Position numbers and translations under genes: made by a program
Assembly (NCBI GenBank): GCA_048886185.1
Contig: JBHLKY010000064.1
Coordinates: forward strand, 1 to 5,082
Origin: Candidatus Hermodarchaeota archaeon
Lineage (GTDB): Archaea > Asgardarchaeota > Heimdallarchaeia > Hodarchaeales > Hodarchaeaceae
DNA length: 5,082 nt
Direction: 5' to 3'
Part shown: positions 1 to 5,082 of the stretch, piece after piece
Layout: every line of letters begins with the position of its first letter
How positions within the stretch are numbered: the stretch's first letter is position 1
Notes under the pieces: model-generated
Told to the model about the DNA's origin: nothing
Databases searched by the model: none
Seen by the model: only the letters and a program-made list of their open reading frames with translations

Positions 1-1
1 T

Positions 2-196
2 GACAAAGATTTATTTCTTATTCGACTACATATCACCTTACCTAATGGTAAAGAAATTAAAACAGGATATGGCACAAAAATAAAGAATCGTGGTATAATA
101 GAAATAAAACAAAAACTTGTTGAAACCAAGTTTCACATTGAACTTGCAGAAAATCATGGAAAATGGTTTTTCATAAAGGCAATCAAAAAAATGTAG
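2..196 (+). CDS. 3' end of a hypothetical protein (5'-partial, runs in from the left window edge)
   Basis: Frame starting at nt 2 has 64 sense codons ending at TAG 194-196: DKDLFLIRLHITLPNGKEIKTGYGTKIKNRGIIEIKQKLVETKFHIELAENHGKWFFIKAIKKM*. The alternating hydrophobic/polar pattern looks beta-rich and protein-like. It is absent from the ORF track because its start lies outside the window. Family not recognised. Confidence 0.7.
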   Translation, partial: DKDLFLIRLHITLPNGKEIKTGYGTKIKNRGIIEIKQKLVETKFHIELAENHGKWFFIKAIKKM

Positions 197-198
197 TT

Positions 199-387
199 TC
201 ATATTGGTTTTTTACCAATTGCTAATCTAGCCTTCTGTGAAGTTAAGACTATAATTGATAGTTGAAAATCCTTAAGTAAAACATTCCTAAAATAGCCAAG
301 GCCGACGTTCGAGAATATTTCATTCAAGAAGACTAAAGATAGGGATAAATATTCTTTTAAAACGAAAAATAGGTTGATTACATCCAT
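199..387 (-). CDS. Possible small hypothetical protein (62 aa) directly downstream of the receiver-longin gene
   Basis: ATG at 387-385 lies 2 nt after the TAA (392-390) of the upstream gene (TAA-CC-ATG), an operon-like spacing. The ORF fills the gap and stops at 199, 2 nt from the convergent stop at 196. The track's ATG at 426 overlaps the upstream gene and is less likely. The sequence is hydrophobic with no firm motif, so a chance ORF is possible. Confidence 0.35.
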   Translation of the reverse strand: MDVINLFFVLKEYLSLSLVFLNEIFSNVGLGYFRNVLLKDFQLSIIVLTSQKARLAIGKKPI

Positions 388-389
388 GG

Positions 390-1271
390 TTATGAAGGTC
401 GAATGAACTCTCCAATTCTTTTCCATAATTGTTTTATATCATATTCGTGGATCTCTTTATTCTCTGCTACAAACTCTTCAAGAATTTCTGATATTCTTAA
501 TGATTCAAAATAATTTATTCTTTGCGCGAGTGTTGCAACCATAATTTGACGTTTTCCTCCACGGGCTTCATCGTCATCAACTGTAGAAAAATATAAATAA
601 CTATCCATGTCAATATTAGCAACTCGTAGTAATACCCCTTGAGCAGCATAATAATCAATGGTACCATACATTGGTCCTACAGTCTGGAATAATTGAATAC
701 CGATAGTTTCGACTGAAATTGGTAATTTTGGTTTCTGTGGATAAACATCTTCTAGTTTTGGACCAATCTTATCATCCCAAATTACTAAGAACACAATAAT
801 TGTTTCTTCTTCTTTGATTTTTTTAGAGCTTATTTCTATCTCTTCATTTGCAAATAATTTATCTCTGATCTGTCTACTCAATAAATTATGTCTTTTTCCC
901 CGATTAATTTTCCCAGTTATACTTGCTAGAAGATCCATTTCGTTAATTGGTTTGGCAATGTAATCATCAGCTCCAAGCATCTTCCCAAAGCGAACATCTT
1001 CTGGAGAATTTTTTACAGTAAGAAAAATAAAAGGAATTAGGTTCCAATCAGGATTGTCAATCATTTTTTTGAAAAAATTATAACCATTCATTTTTGGCAT
1101 CATGATGTCGCAGAGAATTAAATCTGGTAGTTGATCATTGGATTCAAGAATCTCTAAAGCCTCAACTCCATTTTTAGCTGTTATGATCTTGTATTCATTA
1201 TTTTCTAAAATTAATTTAGTATGTTCTAGTAATGCCTCATCATCTTCCACTAGAAGGATCAAAGATTTCAT
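390..1271 (-). CDS. Response regulator: N-terminal CheY-like receiver (REC) domain fused to a C-terminal longin/uDENN-like domain (293 aa)
   Basis: REC (~nt 1271-900): LILLVEDD acidic pocket, phosphoacceptor in PDLILCDIMMP (D55), FLT (T85) and YIAKP (K107) are all intact. C-terminal domain (~nt 803-393): IVFLVIWDDKIGPKLEDVYP matches the hydrophobic strand-xD-xx-GP-xxxx-YP opening of uDENN/NPR2-type longins, and YLYFSTVDDDEARGGKRQIMVATL matches the D-xx-ARG-xx-R strand of folliculin/SMCR8-type longins. Start placed at ATG 1271 (MKSLILLVEDD, with AAAGGA ~10 nt upstream) rather than the track's GTG at 1430, because REC homology begins there and the extension overlaps the antisense vapB-like relic. 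Confidence 0.9.
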   Translation of the reverse strand: MKSLILLVEDDEALLEHTKLILENNEYKIITAKNGVEALEILESNDQLPDLILCDIMMPKMNGYNFFKKMIDNPDWNLIPFIFLTVKNSPEDVRFGKMLGADDYIAKPINEMDLLASITGKINRGKRHNLLSRQIRDKLFANEEIEISSKKIKEEETIIVFLVIWDDKIGPKLEDVYPQKPKLPISVETIGIQLFQTVGPMYGTIDYYAAQGVLLRVANIDMDSYLYFSTVDDDEARGGKRQIMVATLAQRINYFESLRISEILEEFVAENKEIHEYDIKQLWKRIGEFIRPS

Positions 1272-1359
1272 TCTGCTGTTTCCTTTTTTAATTATAGCAA
1301 ATTTACTTGAACAGCTGAATCCCTCAAAATGATACTTTATTAAAAATTCCTTTTGATAA

Positions 1360-1500
1360 TATACAATTTTACGGATTTCCAGCTCATTTGGCAACTTTAA
1401 AGATTTTTGGGGCGCAGGAATAAAATCCACGAAGGATTATGAAGCAGAACTTGCAGAAATCAAGCAGAGACGGCTTAACTTTTTTCAAGGACGACAGTGA
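1360..1500 (+). pseudogene. Remnant of a VapB-like antitoxin gene (5' end lost)
   Basis: Start-less frame YTILRISSSFGNFKDFWGAGIKSTKDYEAELAEIKQRRLNFFQGRQ* ends at TGA 1498-1500, 1 nt before the vapC-like ATG at 1502. It resembles the C-terminal half of archaeal VapB antitoxins (ILRL...l.dF.G...e.e.l.eik..R pattern). In-frame stops TGA/TAA at 1354-1359 precede it and there is no in-frame ATG/GTG/TTG. Not in the ORF track. Confidence 0.5.
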
Positions 1501-1501
1501 C

Positions 1502-1696
1502 ATGAAGTTTCTAGATACTTCTTTCCTAATCGATCTCATTCGAAAAAATACATCTCTAAAAGAGCTTTTGAATGAAATCGATAAAGATAGGGCACATGTG
1601 ACAAATACTATTGTTGCTCATGAATTTTTGATTGATGGCTGTGATCCAGAATTAGCAGAAAGTATAATCAATTTCGTCCAAGACACAAGATACTGA
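1502..1696 (+). pseudogene. vapC: Truncated VapC/PIN-domain toxin (64 aa, N-terminal half only)
   Basis: MKFLDTSFLIDLIR is the canonical PIN/VapC N-terminus (conserved Asp in FLDTS), and TNTIVAHEFL carries the second conserved acidic residue. It stops after 64 aa, about half a PIN domain (~130 aa), so the distal catalytic Asp residues are missing. The real start is ATG 1502; the track's start at 1439 adds non-PIN sequence that overlaps the vapB-like frame. Confidence 0.7.
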
Positions 1697-1859
1697 CAAA
1701 GCTAGTATAAAAATGAAGATTATTAATTAATAGGGATTTATATAAATGTTACACTCTTGCTTTAGTATTAATCCAGCCTTTTATGGAATTGGGAAGTTTT
1801 CCTAATATCTGTTTGATAAAGGAAAGGGCAATGTATGAATCAAAGAAAGGTTTATGGAA

Positions 1860-2150
1860 TTAATTCTGACTCTGAATCTCTATCAAAAGCTGATTAAGAT
1901 GCTCTAAATCCGCAACAATTATATCCAATGTAGTTAATCGTGCCATAATCCCATAAAACTCAACTCTTCGAGGATCGTTGTTGGCTTTCAGTTTAATCTC
2001 CCAAAGATTGCGTTTCGCTTTATATTTACCTATTAAATCGAATAATTTTTCTAGAATTATTTGGATTTTATCTTTAAGTTGCTCTGGAATTTCAGATTCG
2101 AGAATACGAAAGGATGGATGTTCATCTTTTACATCATTAACTTTAAACAT
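1860..2150 (-). CDS. Hypothetical protein (96 aa), probably all-helical
   Basis: Intact ATG-to-TAA ORF with charged amphipathic helices (EQLKDKIQIILEKLFDLIGKYK; LDIIVADLEHLNQLLIEIQ). An AT-rich TTTAAA element lies ~20-26 nt upstream. No family motif recognised. Confidence 0.7.
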   Translation of the reverse strand: MFKVNDVKDEHPSFRILESEIPEQLKDKIQIILEKLFDLIGKYKAKRNLWEIKLKANNDPRRVEFYGIMARLTTLDIIVADLEHLNQLLIEIQSQN

Positions 2151-2583
2151 AATTTTTCTACCATTAATAATTTAAATTCGTGGGAATTCCTCAGACACCA
2201 ATATTTAACTTTAGCATCAACTTCTTCTAAATAATCTTGGACAATTTACTTATATATCATTAACTAGTTAGCTTATACGTATATTCGTTAATTATTTATT
2301 CTTCTTTACATTAAAAAACGGATTATAAAGGGATTAAAAGAATATTAACAGGATGATTTCAGATCGTAATTACATTAGCGATTACAAAACTATATATGGA
2401 GTATGAGGATTATCTTGATCTTAAATACAAAGAGGAACGGAACTTTACTTGAATCGTATGAGAATAATGATTAAGTCCATTCTTTAAGATTTATAATGGA
2501 TTTTTTCATTTTTCTATTGAACAAAAAATAAACTTTCTCAAAGTAAAAATATAAATATTCGAATAATGACTACATTTAGTATC

Positions 2584-2630
2584 AAAAGTAATATTTATAA
2601 TAAATGATCTAAAAATAGATGGTGTAAAAA
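2584..2630 (+). promoter_or_regulatory. Putative archaeal promoter (BRE/TATA) and SD-like element of the hydrolase gene
   Basis: Purine-rich AAAAGTAA is followed by TTTATAA (2594-2600), 31-37 nt before ATG 2631. GGTG (2621-2624) lies 6 nt before the ATG. The AT-rich background makes chance matches easy. Confidence 0.4.
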
Positions 2631-3122
2631 ATGCCTGGTTATTCTACTCATTTTTTTGTTGGATTCTTGATTGCAATCCCTTTCTTCCATTGGGATGAAA
2701 AAGATCGGTTAAAAACACTAGTATTAGGGGCTTTTGCAGGGATTATTCCTGATATTGACGGGATTTGGGCTGTAATTACTGTTGAGACAGGAAATCCAAC
2801 ACTGGACTATCTGTTCTCACATCGTGGATTTTGGCATAATCCAATTCTTCCACTTTTATTTGCAATTATTTCAGGTGTATACCTCGCAATTATATTCTTA
2901 CCTCAGCGAAAAATGGCAAAAGATCATTTTTGGTCACTGTCACCTATCGCTCTTGCATGGTTCTCTCATTTAATCCTCGATTTCGGATTTACTACTACAA
3001 ACAATATTCCCGCGTTAATCTTTGAATTACCACTTCTTGCTGTTTATGCGCTAGATCAAATATCAGCATTCGCTATTTCAGCTCTTTTTGGATATATCCT
3101 CTGGAAACGAGCTGGTTGGTGA
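2631..3122 (+). CDS. Metal-dependent membrane-bound hydrolase (YdjM / LexA-binding inner-membrane putative hydrolase family), 163 aa
   Basis: The family motif series is all present: N-terminal TH (YSTHFFVG), G-xx-PDID (AGIIPDIDG), HRGxxH (SHRGFWHN) and SHLxLD (WFSHLILDF), separated by hydrophobic transmembrane segments. Confidence 0.9.
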   Translation: MPGYSTHFFVGFLIAIPFFHWDEKDRLKTLVLGAFAGIIPDIDGIWAVITVETGNPTLDYLFSHRGFWHNPILPLLFAIISGVYLAIIFLPQRKMAKDHFWSLSPIALAWFSHLILDFGFTTTNNIPALIFELPLLAVYALDQISAFAISALFGYILWKRAGW

Positions 3123-3345
3123 TCATTGATAGAATAATATCTTCATTGATTTTTAACAATCATTCTACTGAATTGTCTAGCCACTCTTGATATATAAGTC
3201 GTTAGTATTAGCGCTAATAAGGTAAGAAGGATAATATTTGAAAAAGATCTTCAGGAATCCAGAATCATTACTACGAAGGATGTGTTACCGATTTTCAGTC
3301 ATAAAAGGCTGGATGCCTTATATGAAAACTAGAACTAGTACTTAC

Positions 3346-4260
3346 TCATATAACCAGTAGAATAGCCCCAAATACCATGAGTACCATGCCAAGTAGTCGT
3401 TCTTTGATTTCCTCTTTTAAAAATAGCTTAGCTAGGCTGGCGGTTACAAAAACTGATAATAATGACGCAGGTTCTGCAACTGTTACTTCTAATCCTGCTA
3501 TAGCAATTAAAAGCATTACATATGCCCATCCATTAGATATACCGGCAAAAATGACTGTTTTAAGGTTGTTTTTCAACGCAAGTATGCCATCATTATACCT
3601 TCTGGTATAGATTGCTAGTGTTAAGAATATTAATCCAGCAAAAAAAAGGATTGAGAAAGCATAAACTCTTGAATCTATCGTTCTTATAGCATAAGTATCA
3701 ACTGTTCTCCCAAGTGCTAAAAAGAATGAACCACCAATCATCAATAACGATGCCTTTGATGTTTTTAAATTTTGGACTTTTTCAGTGATCTTTCCAGGAT
3801 ATAAGAAGAAAACCCCAATGAACATAATAATCCCTCCTAATGCTCGAAATACTCCCACATCCTCACCTAGAAAAATTAGACCTAGCACTAATAGCCATAA
3901 TAGTGATGAATTATATAGAGGAGCAATTAGTGAAGCATCCTCTTCTGATAAGGCTTTCACATAGGCAAAAAAACCAAATGTGTAAACAATTGAACTGATA
4001 AATGCGAACGTTAAATCCTCTAATCCAGTAAGAAATGTTTCTTTTGGAATAAACACAAAAATTGGTAATAAGAATAGTGCTCCTGTTAAAAAGAAGATAG
4101 CACTGATTATCAACGAATCATATTCTTCAAGTTGCTTTAAAAAAATTCTTTCAGCACCTAACAAAAAAATTCGAAAAGATAGGGCAATATATGAGATTAT
4201 TACAACATCCAAGTCAAAAACTTCCCTAAAATCATCAATAAACTCATAAAGATTTGACAT
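3346..4260 (-). CDS. EamA/DMT (drug/metabolite transporter) family permease, 304 aa
   Basis: About ten hydrophobic segments in two repeats. Each repeat ends in an EamA-type signature (KALSEEDASLIAPLYNSSLLWLLVLGLIFLGE; IAGLEVTVAEPASLLSVFVTASLAKLFLKE) followed by a G-xx-(I/M)-xx-G terminal helix. Confidence 0.92.
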   Translation of the reverse strand: MSNLYEFIDDFREVFDLDVVIISYIALSFRIFLLGAERIFLKQLEEYDSLIISAIFFLTGALFLLPIFVFIPKETFLTGLEDLTFAFISSIVYTFGFFAYVKALSEEDASLIAPLYNSSLLWLLVLGLIFLGEDVGVFRALGGIIMFIGVFFLYPGKITEKVQNLKTSKASLLMIGGSFFLALGRTVDTYAIRTIDSRVYAFSILFFAGLIFLTLAIYTRRYNDGILALKNNLKTVIFAGISNGWAYVMLLIAIAGLEVTVAEPASLLSVFVTASLAKLFLKEEIKERLLGMVLMVFGAILLVI

Positions 4261-4284
4261 ACTTGGATTTGGAAAAGAAATTCG

Positions 4285-4329
4285 GTTGCATACGCAACTA
4301 TATTATAAAATAGTGGTCAATGTTGACCA
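4285..4329 (-). promoter_or_regulatory. Putative TATA box of the EamA gene flanked by two inverted repeats (candidate operators)
   Basis: The minus strand reads TTTTATAATA at 4310-4301, 41-50 nt before ATG 4260. Upstream inverted repeat: TGGTCAA-tg-TTGACCA (4314-4329). Downstream inverted repeat: GTTGC-atac-GCAAC (4285-4298). Both are GC-richer than the surrounding sequence. Confidence 0.55.
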
Positions 4330-4464
4330 AAGCTTGTTTAAAGGGAATAAGTTCTGATTTGGTAAAAAATAATTATCTACTTGATAATTACTGCCTTTAC
4401 GATCCTATTTGCAATAAAATAAGGGTATAAATTAGGTAAGCTATCAATTAAATATGTGAGTACT

Positions 4465-5082
4465 TCAATTTTCGACTGAACTCTTCTTTAATAGAAGATA
4501 TGGCATTAATGACGTGAATAACTTGTTTTCTGCTTTTCGTAAGGTTTTTTCAACAGCATATCTAGAAACCTTAAATTCGCCTGCTAAATCTTGAGTTCTG
4601 ATTCTTCGTGGAATTTCATAGTAGCCATTTTCAAACGCTCTAATTAGAATTAATAACTGATGTACTGTCAAATTGCTAGTTATTTCTGCTATAGATATCA
4701 TTTGAGAAGGAAATATTCCTTCAGATTCTAATTCTTTTATTGATATAATCTTCGTGTTGGGATATGTCTGTAATACTTGCACTACTGAGGATAAAATGGA
4801 GTTATCTAAGCAAACGATCTGATAATGACTCCATCCTCCCGAATATCTTATCGGATAAATCGATATCCCTCCTTGCTGTTGAATCTGTGAATTAATTGTT
4901 TTATCACAAAGACATTTCATGCTAATATAAGAAATCGTTGTCGGATTACTATCAATCGTCGTAATTTTCCAATCATGAGTATTTGGATAAAGATCGTTGG
5001 CTATTTCCAAATTTTTCCCATTAATTTCACCTGGAATCATTAATATATCAAATTTTGAATTGCAATAACCATAAATCTCTTT
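4465..5082 (-). CDS. Bacterio-opsin activator (Bat)-like HTH_10 transcriptional regulator, probably 5'-partial
   Basis: C-terminal LTVHQLLILIRAFENGYYEIPRRIRTQDLAGEFKVSRYAVEKTLRKAENKL matches the HTH_10 consensus (LT.rQ..al..A...GYy..PR......lA..lgis......LRrAe.kl). The N-terminal part has the PIRYxGGWxxY pattern typical of this archaeal family. The frame stays open upstream of the track's ATG 5040 to the window edge (KEIYGYCNSKFDIL-MIP), so the true start is probably outside the window. Confidence 0.9.
   Translation of the reverse strand, partial: KEIYGYCNSKFDILMIPGEINGKNLEIANDLYPNTHDWKITTIDSNPTTISYISMKCLCDKTINSQIQQQGGISIYPIRYSGGWSHYQIVCLDNSILSSVVQVLQTYPNTKIISIKELESEGIFPSQMISIAEITSNLTVHQLLILIRAFENGYYEIPRRIRTQDLAGEFKVSRYAVEKTLRKAENKLFTSLMPYLLLKKSSVEN

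Noticed and set aside
1138-1332. 64-aa + strand ORF
   Set aside because: Antisense shadow of the well-supported receiver domain, with no motif.
1272-1430. 53-aa N-terminal extension of the receiver protein from GTG 1430 (ORF track)
   Set aside because: It has no domain-like pattern, REC homology starts at ATG 1271, and it overlaps the antisense vapB-like remnant.
140-1459. 13-bp direct repeat GAACTTGCAGAAA at 140-152 and 1447-1459
   Set aside because: Both copies encode E-L-A-E in coding frames. One such repeat is about what chance gives in 5 kb of AT-rich DNA, and there is no element structure between them.
1439-1501. 21-aa N-terminal extension of the PIN ORF from ATG 1439
   Set aside because: PIN proteins start just before FLDTS, and this DNA reads better as the vapB-like C-terminus in another frame.
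1978-2175. 65-aa + strand ORF
   Set aside because: Antisense to the 96-aa ORF. Its Ser/Ile/Leu-rich composition is typical of a shadow frame.
2607-2620. ATCTA-aaaa-TAGAT inverted repeat downstream of the hydrolase TATA box
   Set aside because: 5-bp AT-rich arms are too common to support an operator call.
2782-2973. 63-aa + strand ORF
   Set aside because: Out-of-frame ORF nested inside the YdjM-type hydrolase gene.
3377-3610. 77-aa + strand ORF
   Set aside because: Antisense shadow of the EamA gene.
1-5082. CRISPR array, tRNA/rRNA, IS element or transposase
   Set aside because: No regularly spaced repeats, cloverleaf, GC-rich structured RNA, terminal inverted repeats or transposase motifs were seen.

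Overview
AT-rich (roughly one-third GC by eye), archaeal-looking window. The gene content suggests an Asgard archaeon, which is an inference only. Left to right: the 3' end of an unknown + strand CDS (2-196); a possible 62-aa ORF (-); a 293-aa protein fusing an intact CheY-like receiver domain to a longin/uDENN-like domain of the folliculin/SMCR8/NPRL2 type (-); a decayed vapB-vapC (PIN) toxin-antitoxin relic (+); a 96-aa helical orphan (-); a ~480-bp AT-rich spacer; a YdjM-type metal-dependent membrane hydrolase (+); an EamA/DMT transporter (-) whose TATA box is flanked by two inverted repeats; and a 5'-truncated Bat-like HTH_10 regulator (-). The standout is the receiver-longin fusion. Its 'DEARGGKR' motif lines up by eye with the GAP arginine-finger motif of folliculin/SMCR8, suggesting a possible direct link between two-component phosphorelay and small-GTPase control. 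No rRNA, tRNA, CRISPR array or transposase is evident. All family calls come from motif recognition by eye, not database searches.
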